A stretch of DNA of 64,000 nt from Octopus sinensis (GCF_006345805.1 NC_042999.1:67332001-67396000), one strand, 5' to 3'; counted from the stretch's first letter, positions 37,061 to 50,636 are shown. The notes: generated from the letters alone by a model not told the origin. Numbers and translations: made by a program.

Positions 37061-38405
37061 ATAATTTTATTTATTTATATTTTAAAATATAACTATCAAA
37101 AAGTATTGAAAGTTTAATATAAGATAAAGAGTAAAACCACTACGATCGTTTCATGCTCGTAACCAATTCGAATAACAATAATTTAAATTCAATTAATAAT
37201 TAGAATTATGGTTACAGTCAATCTTCATGTTAATTGTAATATTTTAATAAATAATCAATAATCAGAAATATTTACACAATATTTTTTAAGAAATAAATAA
37301 AATAATAATTTTTCTTATAAAAAACTCTATTATCAAACTAGAAACTTAACGATTATGATTATGTCAAAACATTGATTATAATGTTAAATATTAATTTTAA
37401 TTTTTAAGTATTAATTTTTAAGGTAAGAAACCCACAAATAATCTAATATCAGTTATAGTCAATATCTAATTACATAAATATTTTACAAAAAAAAATGACT
37501 ATTCATATTATTAAAAATATAATATTTAAATAATATATAAATTATCAATGAAAATATATTAATGTATATAAATATTAGAATTAATATCTAAAATTAACTC
37601 TATAAATAAATATTAAAGATAAAATAGCTAATTGCAAAAATACAAACAAACAATCTTAAGCGAACGCTATAGCAAATTAACTATCTATATATCTCGTTGG
37701 CTAAATAATAACTTTCAAAAATCTTATATTTAAAATACTTAAAGAAATAATCAATTCGTAGTTATATAGTATCAATTAAATACTATAAATATATTTATCA
37801 ATGGGAATAATATAACTACCAATTATCAATTAAAAAAACAATATATGAGTTATTATAATAATTATAAGAAATTTAAAACTACAATTAATGCTATTAATAC
37901 ATGTATATACATGAAACCTAACTTTAAACAATCCGTATACTTGCTATCAAACAATATATCTATCGCTAAGTAAATTCTTACAAATAAACTTAAAGTTAAT
38001 ATCTAATAATTATGTAGAAAATTACGATAATTAGATCATTACATAAACAACGATATTTACATAAAAAAACAATAATATTATACCATAAGACTTGTAAAAT
38101 ATTAAAATTTAATATTTAAAAATCTTAAATATAAATATATACTTAGCTTAGCGAGGTTTTGTGATAATATAGGATAAAATTTTCGAAAAAATGTTATCAA
38201 TTGCCAGCGTATTAAAAAAAATACCTTTAAAGGTTAAATTTATAATTTATAAACCATCTTTACTATATATATATATATATGATATATATATATAATATAT
38301 ATAATATATATATATATAATATAGGATAAAATTTTCGAAAAAATGTTATCAATGGCCAGCATATTAAAAAAATACCTTTAAAGGTTAAATTTATGAATTT
38401 ATAAA
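36845..38405. repeat. Extremely AT-rich 1.5-kb segment related to the family at 61985-62426
   Basis: The start (TAAATTAGAGACAAAACCACTATT) matches 62088-62112. A half-hammerhead lies at 37137-37155 and the terminal ~100 bp is duplicated (38165-38250 / 38315-38405). Confidence 0.6.
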
Positions 38406-38473
38406 GAAGGCAAAGTCTATTTTCGGCATATTTGGCATTGGAATTTTTTTTCTTTTGCCCTTGTTTATAAGTT

Positions 38474-38550
<77 letters not shown>

Positions 38551-38648
38551 CATACATTTATATATATATATATATAAATTATATATATATATAGATATAT
38601 ATATATATTATATAATATATATATATATATAATATATACATATATACA

Positions 38649-38713
<65 letters not shown>

Positions 38714-39474
38714 TTTTATTCTTTTATTTGTTTCAGTGATTATTGAGGCCATGCTAGAGCACCGCCTTTGGTCGAACAAATCAATCCCACGACTTATTCT
38801 TTGTAAGCCTAGTACTTATTCTATCGGTCCGTTTGCCGGATATTTTGTATACACACACATACACACACACACACACACACACATCTATCTATCTTTCTAT
38901 CTATCTATCTATCTCTCTATCTGTTTGTCTGTCTGTCTGTATGTATGTATGCATGTATGTACAATGGGTGTATGTTTAAACTATTTTGTAAAAACTGGTG
39001 TTGTTTATGTTATCTCCCCTTATAGCCATCAAATCAGGAGTTTGCTAAGTAGTGTTCAATTAAAAAGAAAAAAATCAATTACCAGGTTAGAATATGTACT
39101 GTGATCGATAATGAATAATTTTAAAATCCTTCGAAGTCAGTGTCCCAGATTAACTACAGCCCAATCACTAAAACTAGTTAAAGAATAAAAGAATATTTTA
39201 TATACAATTTTACATAAATTTCATCGTTTAACAGTTATTATCAAAAACCGTTGCTATATCTTGGTGTGTTTTGAAAGTTAATGAGAAGCTGTTGCTATTC
39301 TGAGAACAAATTTGGTTTTTAATGCTATCCGTGCTTTTTAATCTAAATATGCATTTATATATGTGCTTGTATATTCGTCAATCTAAATATGGGTGGGTGC
39401 TTATTATATCTGTGTTTTTATCTGAATAATCAATCACTATTACGAGCTCAGTGGAATCTGATATAAATATATAC

Positions 39475-39516
<42 letters not shown>

Positions 39517-40204
39517 ATATATATATATATATACACGTAGGCGAGGACATACACATGTGTGCGTGTTTTGTATGTGCTTTTAAGTAAAAGCTGTGTGTAC
39601 CTATATAAGAATATCTGTGTGTATATGTGAGGTTATCTCTGTGTGTGTTTTTACATTAGATTACATTATGTTATCAATGTGTTTAAGTGTGATTTAATAA
39701 ATGCGAACATGGGATTGGTTTTTAATTTGGGCACAAATTTGTTAATGTTTTTGTATATTAGGAGTGGCTACTGCATACATAATTACCTCTTTACTCGTTC
39801 CTGTCTGTGGCTGTTTCGTTAATTATATCTTTCTTTTATCACTAAGGGAAGGGAAACTTTCCAGGTCATCCGAAAGCGATAAGAGGAAATGAGGAATCTA
39901 TTCTCAGACTGAAATTATGGGCCGAATGCTTGACATAGAGTAAACTCCACTAAAAGCATTAAAGAATCTGGCTGTGGATTTAAGCAGGACCTAGCACTCC
40001 GTCGGTTACGACTGCCAGGGTACCAGTTGATCGAATCAACGGAACAGCTTGCTCGTGAAATTAATCAGCAAGTGGCTGAGTATATCACAGACATGCGTAC
40101 TCTTAAAATAGTTCTCATGGAGATTCAGTATGACACAGAATGTAACAAGGCTACCCCATTGAATTACGAGTACAACTCATTTTTGCTAGCTGAGTGGAGT
40201 GAAG

Positions 40205-40810
40205 CAACGTGAAATTTTCCTAATTATGGCTCTCAGCTGGGTATAAAAAATAGTTTTATCTTCATCACAACTAGTCAAAGTAGGTACACAGGCACTTATT
40301 AGAGTAGCAAGCCGCCCACCTTTCAGGTGAAATCGTAGAGTCATTAGACGTTCATTTATAGGAACAGGAAGCTCCTCCGACTTCTTAAGGATATCAGATC
40401 GAACTGCAAAGCCAACACCAGCTTCTCTGCTCTCCTCCTTCAGCTTCACCTTCCAAACAAACGTGAATCCACCCCATACTTCCTCAAGCTGACCATCACC
40501 TTCTATACGAGTCTCTGAAAGTGCGGCTATTTCAATGTTATAGCGGTTCAATTCGCTAGTAACAAGTGCAGTACGTCTTTGAGACCTACAATCACTCTTG
40601 TTATCCAATAGAGCGCGCAAATTCCAGCATGAAATGTTCAAGTTCCATTCAGATTTTGTAAACGAAGTCTCTTTGTTTTTCGAGCGCAGGGTGGACATCT
40701 GTCAGTCGCTTTAAACTGACCAGATATAGAAAGACAGGCAACTTTTGGTTCACCTTTTCTAGAACCTCCCCATCTCCGGGTGAGCAGTGCCCTCAGATAC
40801 CCAAGCAACC
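40205..40810 (-). mobile_element. RTE-clade LINE 5' end: 5' UTR + AP-endonuclease N-terminus
   Basis: LNISCWNLRALLD..RRTALV..EL.RYNIEIAALSETR...GVGFAVR...INERLMTLR..L......TLISA..PT (APE domain motifs I-III). Confidence 0.92.
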
Positions 40811-41607
40811 ATCGAATCCTTTAAATAATTTTTAAATAATTTTTAAATAATTAAAAAATAGAAGAGACATACACACATACGGTCTTTTTCCTTTTTTCCT
40901 TTGAAATCAAGCCTTAAAAAATCTTTTCTTAAAAAGAAAAAGCGCTCTTTTTCGTAATGGAATTTAAAATTATAAAATGGTAATGAGTTACTCGTTGAAT
41001 TTATATTAGAAAAGTCTTGCATATTTGTAATACTTCGCTTGCAGATTGTATTTCTATTATACGTGTTAGCTGATTTCATTATTTGCCTGATAATTTCTGC
41101 CTTCCCCGATTACAACTTAAAATTCTAGTAAGATAACCAGAGATGCCATTCTCACTTAGACTTAGGACTCCATAAGACTGGAGCTCAGCCTTGTTTCCAT
41201 GACGTATGGGTGACTTAGATTACAAAACTCGTCCCTTTCTGAATGGGACATCGGTCCGTCACACTGTTAACTTCCCAGTCTCGGGTTTGTTGTGATAGAA
41301 ATCCAAGGAGTCTGTTTTTAAGTCTGTAAGCTCCAGTTATAAGACTTAAGTGACCGCATTAGGGCATCCTCATTGGTTTGTATTCGGCCGCCATGTTGTT
41401 ATATTAATCAAGTAAATGTAACAAAAAAAAAGAAAAAAATGCCTGACCGTTGATCGTCGGTCAACATTTCATACTCTATCACTGCATTGTCAAAATAATT
41501 CGGACGCTAAACAAAATCGATGCCGAGAACACCAGAACACAACACTTAATAAGAAAAACAACAACACCTCCATCACCACCACCACCACCACCGCCACTAC
41601 CACCGCC

Positions 41608-41648
<41 letters not shown>

Positions 41649-41750
41649 TAATAGTCTTTTTTATATCCACAAAGCTACATGCAAATTAATAAAACTGATT
41701 GGAAAGTGCGACATCGTGTGTGTGTATGCATACGTACATACGTGTATGTG

Positions 41751-41785
<35 letters not shown>

Positions 41786-42539
41786 ATGTAAATATATGTG
41801 TGTGTGCATGTATATGTAAATATGTATGTATGTATGTATGTATGTATATATGTATGTATATACATATACATATATATATACATATATGTGTATGTACTCA
41901 CATGCATGTATGTGTATGCGTGCATCAGCCACAAATATCGTGAAGCAACGATCTTCAAATTGCAAACAGATCGTTTGCGTTGTGATTGAATAACACGTGT
42001 TCGATGACACGCGTTTCGTGAAGTACAGGGGTCATTTGGCACTGGCGGAAAGGTTAAACCGAAATGCTAAGGCCCTTGCCTCAGATAAGCGCCATATGTT
42101 AAATCTAATTAATAAAATCTTCAAAGTGGTCGCCCTATTTCTTTTAAATCTTTTAATTTATTTTTTCTATTGTCATATGTTTATAAAACTTTATTTGTCC
42201 ATGTATTGATCTATTGGCTTTGTTATTACTAATACTACTGACAGAGCAATGGATTGGCTGATCTGGTAGAGTATCGGGCAAAAAAAGCATTGTAGTATTT
42301 GTTCTGGGGTATGTTCTATGTTCAATTCCCGCCGAAGTCAGTTTTGGCTTCTATACCTTAGAGGACGATACATTATAAATGATATACACATCGTTACAAG
42401 TACGTATACACAGAGACACACGCGTGTGTATAAATGAATGTATATATTCATATTTGTGTGTGCGTATATATATTCTTTTACTTCTGTCAGTCAATTGACT
42501 GCAGCCATGCTAGATCACCTATATATATAGCGCATTGTG

Positions 42540-42584
<45 letters not shown>

Positions 42585-42661
42585 TGTGTGTACACAAACA
42601 TATATACATAATACGTATATATATATATGCATGTATGTATGTATATCTATCTATCTATCTA

Positions 42662-42952
<291 letters not shown>

Positions 42953-42960
42953 GTGTGTGT

Positions 42961-43216
42961 GGAGGCGCAATGGCCAAGTGATTAGGGCAGCGGACTCGCG
43001 GTCGTAGGATCGCGGTTTCGATTCTCAGGCCGGGCGTTGTGAGTGTTTATTGAGCGAAAACACCTAAAAGCTCCACGAGACTCTTTCTCTCACTCTTTCT
43101 TCTGTTGGCCTGCTCGCTTAGCCAGCGGAGTGGCGTCATTCAAAGGCTAAAACAATGCGAACGCATTGTGACCAGCGATGTGTAACAACATCTGATGGTC
43201 TGGTCGGTCACGTGAT

Positions 43217-43225
<9 letters not shown>
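42961..43225 (+). mobile_element. SINE family C head with an alternative short tail
   Basis: The first ~120 bp match 10845-10962 (reverse complement). The tail differs (GCCAGCGGAGTGGCGTCATT..GGTCACGTGATCACGTGA). Confidence 0.8.
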
Positions 43226-43255
<30 letters not shown>

Positions 43256-43826
43256 AGAGTTAGAGGTTGTGAATCCAACTAACTAAGGGATAGTATCTAT
43301 CCAATATACAACTGGTAGAATACCTAATTAATACACAAGTGTTAGTTATTGCGTGGCAATTACCCTACTGAGTATAATAATTAAGCGAGGGTAATAAGTG
43401 GTTTGGAATATATGTCGGGTTCTTTTGGGGGAAAAATGAATCTCGACCGCTCATAACAAAGCTAATTTTAAAATAAATCACTCATATTTTATAAGAGACA
43501 TTTTAAAAGAAAGTACATATATACAAAAGAGGCCGATAGAATAAGTACTAGGCTTACAAAGAATAAGTCCTGGGGGCGATTTGCTCGACTAAAGGCAGTG
43601 CTCCAGCATGGCCGCAGTTAAATGACTGAAATAAGTAAAAGAGTAAAAGAATATATGTTTGTATGTATGTATGTATGTATATATGTATGTATGTATCAGC
43701 TTAAGACCAGTTTAAACATGTATGAAAGATATTTGAACCTGTAAAATCTTTACATTCAGTTTAGTATGGAGAGAAATATCCCGTTTGCGATAAAAAGGTG
43801 TTAAAGCACCACAGTCGTCTCAAAAT

Positions 43827-44156
43827 GCTCTCTGTTGGAGTGATGAGTGCATTTCGAATTTGTTTGCTCACTTCAGCACCAGCTACCAAGAGAAGTAACT
43901 CCGCGTTGGTTAATAAGAAAAGCTTCCTTTACCATTGATCAGTATATAATATTTATAGATTGTGTGTGATTGGGCCTGAATAAATACGCGAGTGGATATA
44001 CGACACAGTGAAGGAAACTATACATAAAACCAGTTCAAGTATGTTTGAAATATATTTGAACCTGTAAAGGCTTTTCACTGCAGTTCGTCTCTCTTCGTAT
44101 CTGGTGCTGAAGAGAACAAACAAATCCGAATTGCATTCATAAGTGCAATAGAGAGC
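43827..44156. repeat. Degenerate ~70-bp inverted repeat pair (old MITE-like relic)
   Basis: 43827-43895 matches the reverse complement of 44089-44156 at roughly 80% by eye. An additional ~45-bp direct repeat lies at ~43707 and ~44030. Confidence 0.55.
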
Positions 44157-45004
44157 GCTCTGAGCAAACCATTGTGTTTTAAGCGACAATTTGCTTTCAT
44201 TTTGTTTCAGCTAATTGAATAGATTTAACACCTTTTACTTCCTAATGGCTTTGGAGTGTACTGACACTGTGGAGTGACTGACAATGTGGAATGACTGACA
44301 CTGTGATATATCTCCCTCCTAACATTTATCCATACTTTACATGGTTTTGCTGCATATGAGCGTTAGTTTAGAAGCGTTGTGCTCATCCGGATTTTGCATG
44401 GCAGCCTTCATTCTGTTAGATTTATTCATGATAGTTTTCAAAGCTGACACTAGACGTTCTAACGACTTGGAACAATTGTCTTTTACTCATTTTCTTTTGT
44501 TTGTTTTATAATATTTCGTTTAATGTTGCTTTATGCATACATGACACGACAATTAGAACTGGATAACAAGCGCATTGAATTAATTAAAAAAAATATTGTT
44601 TGTTCAGAAATTACTAAATTACTTCACATAACACGAGCAAACTGTCCAGAACTCAAAAGCAGACCAAGTGTGACTAATTGACTTCTGTTTTTTTTTTTTT
44701 TTTGAGCGCGCTAATAAAGCAAGACAATGGATATTTATAATAAAGGGGGGATTATTAATTAAATAATGTGTTTATAAGGATTTTCAAATTTAAGCGAGAA
44801 TTTCTGTGGAAGGCTAGGCATCCAGAATAGATGTTTATTTTGAGATTTTAAACTGATTCTTTCAGTAAGGTGAAGGCGCGTGGCCTAGTAGATAGGGTGT
44901 TGGACTCATAATCGTAATATCTTGGTTTCGATTCCTAGAACGGTAGTGCTAAATCCACAAATGTCTTTCTTATTCTCTCACTATTTATTTCCTCATGTTC
45001 CGTT

Positions 45005-45178
45005 TCGTTGAAGAGCGTAGGCTCGAAAGGTAAAAGACTTTCTCACCTTCCCGAACGTCAAACTATTACACCTGCTTGTTGTTTATACACCTGTCTTCGT
45101 CTTTTGCTTTTCTGTAAATTTAAACTATATATGTATATATATGTGTGTATATATATATATGTATATATTATAAATGTG

Positions 45179-45209
<31 letters not shown>

Positions 45210-45392
45210 ACATATAGCCACTACACACATTTTTTCTCTCCTTGTTTTTGTCTGTGTCCCTTTCTGTAGAAGAGCGTAGGCTCGAAACGTAAAAGACTTT
45301 ATCTATTCCTGAGCGTTATACTAATACATCTGTTTGTTTTGTACACCACCTGCCTTCGTCTTTTGTTTTTTTTTCGTAAACTCTCCCTATAA
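45005..45392 (+). mobile_element. Partial tandem dimer of family H1 hammerhead-motif element
   Basis: Two GAAGAGCGTAGGCTCGAAA units (~45010, ~45270). The second gives a complete fold at 45260-45295. Confidence 0.8.
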
Positions 45393-45912
45393 ATATGCAT
45401 ATATATATATATACACAAACACACATACACCACACACACTAATATATATATTAGGACAAGGGAGAATGCAATTTAGAATACCACAGAAACACATCAATGA
45501 TGGAAGTATGGTGCACCGTGTTAAGCTCTAAAAGAAAAACAACAAAAATACTAGGTTAATTGACTAATCGTGACTATTATCGTTTAGTGCCAGGAACTCC
45601 TTTTTGTCCATCACTCTCTTTGATATTGATAATAAATGCATACACACATACACGCACGTATAACTCACAATCATACGCCTAAATACAACTCACAAACACA
45701 CACATACACACGTTGGTGTGCACATACGTTTGCATACACTAAGATTCATTCATATATATGCTTGCATTGAGAAAGAAGAGCACAAGGTAACCCACAAATT
45801 CATCTGCACTAACATATTCATATAAACGGTTGGGGCGCAGAAAGCTGTTTGTGTGTCTCTGTATTAAGAGTGTGTATACAAATGTGTGCGTATTTGTGTG
45901 TCGATGTATGCA

Positions 45913-46325
45913 TAGGCGCAGGAGTGGCTGTGTGGTAAGTGGTTTGTTTACCAACCACATGCTTCCGGGTTCAGTCCCACTGCGTGGCACATTGGGCAAG
46001 TGTCTTCTACTATAGCCTTGGGCCGACCAAAGCCTTGTGAGTGGATTTGGTAGACGGAAACTGAAAAGAAGCCTGTCGTATATATGTGTATATATATATA
46101 TATATGCATGTGTGTGTTTGTGTGTCTGTGTTTGTCTCCCTAGCATTGCTTGACAACCGATGCTGGTGTGTTTATGTCCCCGTTACTTAGCGGTTCGGCA
46201 AAAGAGACCGATAGAATAAGTACTGGGCTTACAAAAGAATAAGTCCTGGGGTCGAATTGCTCGATTAAAGGCGGTGCTCCAGCATGGCCGCAGTCAAATG
46301 ACTGAAACAAGTAAAAGAGTAAAAA
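45913..46325 (+). mobile_element. SINE family A, full, low-divergence copy
   Basis: Both modules plus short internal repeat. Confidence 0.92.
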
Positions 46326-46741
46326 AGGTAAAGAGAAAGAGAGTATATGTATAAGCAAGTGAGAAGGAGAGGAGCGAGAAAGAGCGAGAGAGAGAGATCG
46401 AGGAGGAGCGCGGGAGAGAGTCTGTGTCGGTTTTTGTCTGTTTAAATGAAGAAAAGAAAAACAAATTACAAAACTAGCCATACCGAACCATCCCAACAAA
46501 ACCCAAGCAACAAATAACTGAATTAGAAACACAAATACTTAATAGAAACGACACATTTGTACAGGATTACATCTTAAACACAACATTCCGGATTAATTTG
46601 AAGCCTAATTGGTGAATCAGTAATTATTTCTGTAATTAACATAATGATAAACATGAAAATAACCAAAGCTTCCCTCTATCATCGGTCATCAGATTATGTG
46701 ATCTTTGTTTGATTTGCCTTGCAATGAAAACACATTCACTA

Positions 46742-46772
<31 letters not shown>

Positions 46773-46774
46773 AT

Positions 46775-46923
46775 CTGTGTGGTAAGTAGTTTGCTTACCA
46801 GTCACATGGTTCCGGGTTCACTCCCACTGCGTGGCACCTTGGGAAAGTGTCTTCTACTATAGACTCGGGCCGACCAAAGCCTTGTGAGTAGATTTGGTAG
46901 ACGGAAACTGAAAGAAGCCCGTC

Positions 46924-46985
<62 letters not shown>

Positions 46986-47200
46986 GTGTGTGTTTGTGTC
47001 TGCGTTTGTCTCCCCAACATCACTTGACAACCGATGCTGGTGTGTTTACGTCCCCGTAACTTAGCGGTTCGGCAAAAGAGACCGATAGAATAAGTACTAG
47101 GCTTACAAAGAATAAGTCCTGGGTGGGGGTCGATTTGCTCGACTAAAGGCGGTGCTCCAGCATGGCCACAGTAAAATGATTGAAACAAGTAAAATAGTAA
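46775..47200 (+). mobile_element. SINE family A, near-full copy
   Basis: Both modules; tail-to-tail with the next copy. Confidence 0.9.
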
Positions 47201-47219
47201 TACACACACATATATATAT

Positions 47220-47590
47220 GTTCTTTTATTCTTTTATTTGTTTCAGTCATCTGAAGGCGACCATGCTGGAGCACCGCCTTTAGCCGAAGAAATCGATTCC
47301 AGGACTTATTCTTTCTAAGCCTACTACTTATTCTGCTTTGTCGAACCGCTAGGTCACGGGGACGTAAGCACCAACATCAGTTGCCAAGCACATCTATATA
47401 TACGACGGTCTCCTTCCTGTTTCCCTCTACCAAATCCACTCACAAAGTTTTGGTCGGCCCGAGACTATAGTAGGAAACACTGGCCGAAGGTGCCACGTAG
47501 CGGGACTGAACCATGTGGTTGCGAAGCAAGCTTATTACCACACAGCCATGCTTATTACCACACAGCCAAGCTTATTACCACACAGCCACA
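47220..47590 (-). mobile_element. SINE family A, inverted copy; 19-bp triplication at its 5' end
   Basis: Reverse-complement match to family A; GCTTATTACCACACAGCCA x3 at ~47530-47590. Confidence 0.85.
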
Positions 47591-47598
47591 CGTAAACA

Positions 47599-47699
<101 letters not shown>

Positions 47700-47843
47700 T
47701 AATCCTTTCTTTTATAAGCACAAGACACTTATTTTATCGACACAGAAAAAAATGAAAGGCAAATTTGAACTCAGATTCTAAAGATGGGCGTAATACCGCT
47801 AAGCATTTTGCCCGGTGTACTAAGGATTCTTCCTACTTACTGC

Positions 47844-47946
<103 letters not shown>

Positions 47947-48129
47947 GTTCAAAATAACTTTTCCTTTCGTCTCGACTTCACAAGCCCTTACCGTTTGTTT
48001 TTACTGTGTTATTCACCTTGCCCTGTCTTTTACTGTTTTTATTTGTATTGTTTTTACTGTCTTGTTTTGCTTTTACTGTGCTGTTCTTGTTACTACTTTT
48101 GCCCCTCCGCAAAAAAAATCCCAAATTTT

Positions 48130-48480
48130 ATTTAATTTGCCTTGCGGGAAGGACTGTTTCAACGAAGTCGCGAAACACGGAGTAGTCGAAGCAGGGGCAG
48201 CTGAAGTAGGGGAATATTCCTTGTGTTGTATGTCTTGTACTCTGTTTCTTCGTTGTTTGAAAAAAGTCCGTTTCCATGGTTTTGCTTTTATGTTTTTATG
48301 CTTTCGCTTCTCATTGTATTCTACGTTTTTTTTTTTTTTGGTGTCCTATACCCATATATGCATGTATATATACATATAGATGTAGGTATGTACATATATG
48401 TATGTATATATGCATATGTTTTATTTATTATTTTGTTATATATATATACATACATACATATATATATATATTTAAGTAGG
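48130..48480 (+). mobile_element. Penelope-like short repeat, homologous to 62690-63010 and (reverse) 51440-51600
   Basis: Shared CAGCTGA..AGGGGAAT.TTCCTTGT.TTGT.TGTC.TGTACT..AAAAAAGTCCGTTTCC..GGTGTCCT.TAC.CATATAT. Confidence 0.6.
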
Positions 48481-48622
48481 TGAATGAATTATCCTATGTT
48501 TATCGTCAGCATGGAAAATTCGTTTAACCGAAACCTAGGTAGCAAATTCACGTCAGAAACACGGTTGAAGCGACCTGTCAAGGGTAGAAACTCCGGGTTC
48601 ATGTGCAGAAATTTGTGTGTTG

Positions 48623-48837
48623 TATATGAATAAATGAAAGAATGGAGTCGAACGAAGATGTTAACAAAATTCCTTTACTCTCGACATATGTTTCGAAGAC
48701 AGCATGTTTTCATTCCTGATGAGAAGATTGCATAATGCACCCTTTATTCCTTTGGAATGAAAACATGCTGTCTTCGAAACATATGTCGAGAGTAAAGGAA
48801 TTTTGTAACATCTTCGTTCGACTCTATTCTTTCATTT

Positions 48838-48846
<9 letters not shown>
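48623..48846. other. 94-bp fold-back inverted repeat containing a type I hammerhead motif
   Basis: Arms 48623-48716 / 48754-48846. CTGATGA at 48716-22, GAAAC-ATAT-GTC at 48776-87. Confidence 0.85.
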
Positions 48847-48904
<58 letters not shown>

Positions 48905-48966
48905 TATATTTGTAATGAAGTCAAACCAAATAGTGATATTTTGAAATCATTTAAATACGTATGTTT

Positions 48967-49044
48967 CAGGTGTGCGTAATATATGACAGGAAATGCAACC
49001 AGTACTTAGTGGTTGCATTTCCTATTATATGTCACGCGAACCTG
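48967..49044. other. Imperfect 35-bp hairpin with 8-nt loop (pre-miRNA-like)
   Basis: 14-bp perfect inner stem AGGAAATGCAACCA/TGGTTGCATTTCCT; the outer stem has 3 G-U pairs and 3 mismatches on the + strand. Confidence 0.6.
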
Positions 49045-49422
49045 GGTACAACTTGTACGACTCGGTCCACGCTCCGCTTAAGTGGATACTAGAACAAAGA
49101 TTTGGAGTAGTTTGTTATATTTGACTCGAGTCGAAAATTCTAGTACCATACACCTCTTCTTATGTAACATGGCACATACATATACATACATACATACATA
49201 CATACATACATACATACATACTACATACATACATACATACATATACATACATATACATACATACATTACATACATATACATACATATACATACATACATT
49301 ACATACATAACATACATATATACATGCATACATGCATACATACATACATACATAATACATACATACATACATACATACATACATACATACATACATACAT
49401 ACATACATACATACATACATAC

Positions 49423-49860
49423 GGCGAAAACGAAAATACCTAAGCTGAACTATGGAGGAATCTACAGCTGCTCTATCGAGATTACAAGTTCAGATTTATA
49501 TATAGCACTCTGCCTAAATACCAATCTTGAAAAATTAGGCTTCTCAAAACCAAAAAGGGGAAAGTTGATTAGAAGACTACAGATCCAAGCCATCATCGGC
49601 ACTGTAATATTCTACAAAACTTTATAGAAGTTTATCATTTAAGTATATATGAGCATGTCTAGACATGCAACTATATGCACCAAAATACAGACTTAAAACA
49701 AAACATACAAATATGCATATATTCATGCATGCCTACATACATGCATAGAAAAATACCCTGTTGATGTTGTTGAAATTCTAATTGGATCTTGGATAGAAAC
49801 CGGGTCTTCTTCTATTGGCAAGATATTTTGAAATAAAACTGAATAATTAAATAAATATAA
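49423..49860 (+). mobile_element. RLE retrotransposon 3' fragments embedded in (CATA)n
   Basis: CLNTNLEKLGFSKPKRGKLIRRLQIQAIIGTVIFYKTL aligns to the 3785-4083 peptide. It starts exactly where a ~260-bp (CATA)n array ends. 49748-49858 matches 4106-4217. Confidence 0.7.
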
Positions 49861-49953
49861 TTACACACACACACATATACAAACATAGTAGCCTACAATA
49901 ACTTTCTGGCCAGGGTCATAAAGCGCATGGTTAATTCTGCTTGCAATAACTTC

Positions 49954-50001
<48 letters not shown>

Positions 50002-50636
50002 TACTGACACGTGTGTGTTTGTATATATAGACGCATGCGCATATATGCATATATGTGTGTGCATGTGTATGCGTGTGTGCGTGTGTGCGCGCGCGAGTGC
50101 ATATGTACTTGCCCATTCACTGGCAGCCATATTGGGGTACCTCGCATTACCTTCGAGGATTTGTTCAATCATATCGATTCTAGTCCTTATTTCGATGTGA
50201 TATCTATTTTATTGATCGGTGTTTCTCGAAAGCTAAGTTATGGGACATAAAAAGACAAAATATAAAGAACACCTGTCTTAAGATCGATGTAAAAAGAAAC
50301 ACACAAATGCGCTCACACCCACAGAAACACACACATATGTGTGAGTGTGTATGTGTGTGTGTGTATATGCAAGCATGTGTATATGTATGAATACATGCAT
50401 CCATCACACCGTACATACATAGGCACAGGAGTGGCTGTGTGATAAGTAGCTTGCTTACCAACCACATGGTTCCGGGTTCAGTCCCACTGCGTGGTACGTT
50501 GGGCAAGTGTCTTCTACTATAGCCTCGGGCCGACCAAAGCATTGTCAGTGGATTTGGTAGACGGACGCTAAAAGAAGCCTGTCGTATATATATACATGTG
50601 TGTGTGTGTGTTTGTGTGTATTTGCTTTTTGGAAAC

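Noticed and set aside
36845-38405. Mitochondrial insertion (NUMT) as the explanation for the AT-rich block
   Set aside because: No mitochondrial gene, rRNA or tRNA is recognisable, and it shares sequence with the nuclear repeat at 62081-62200.
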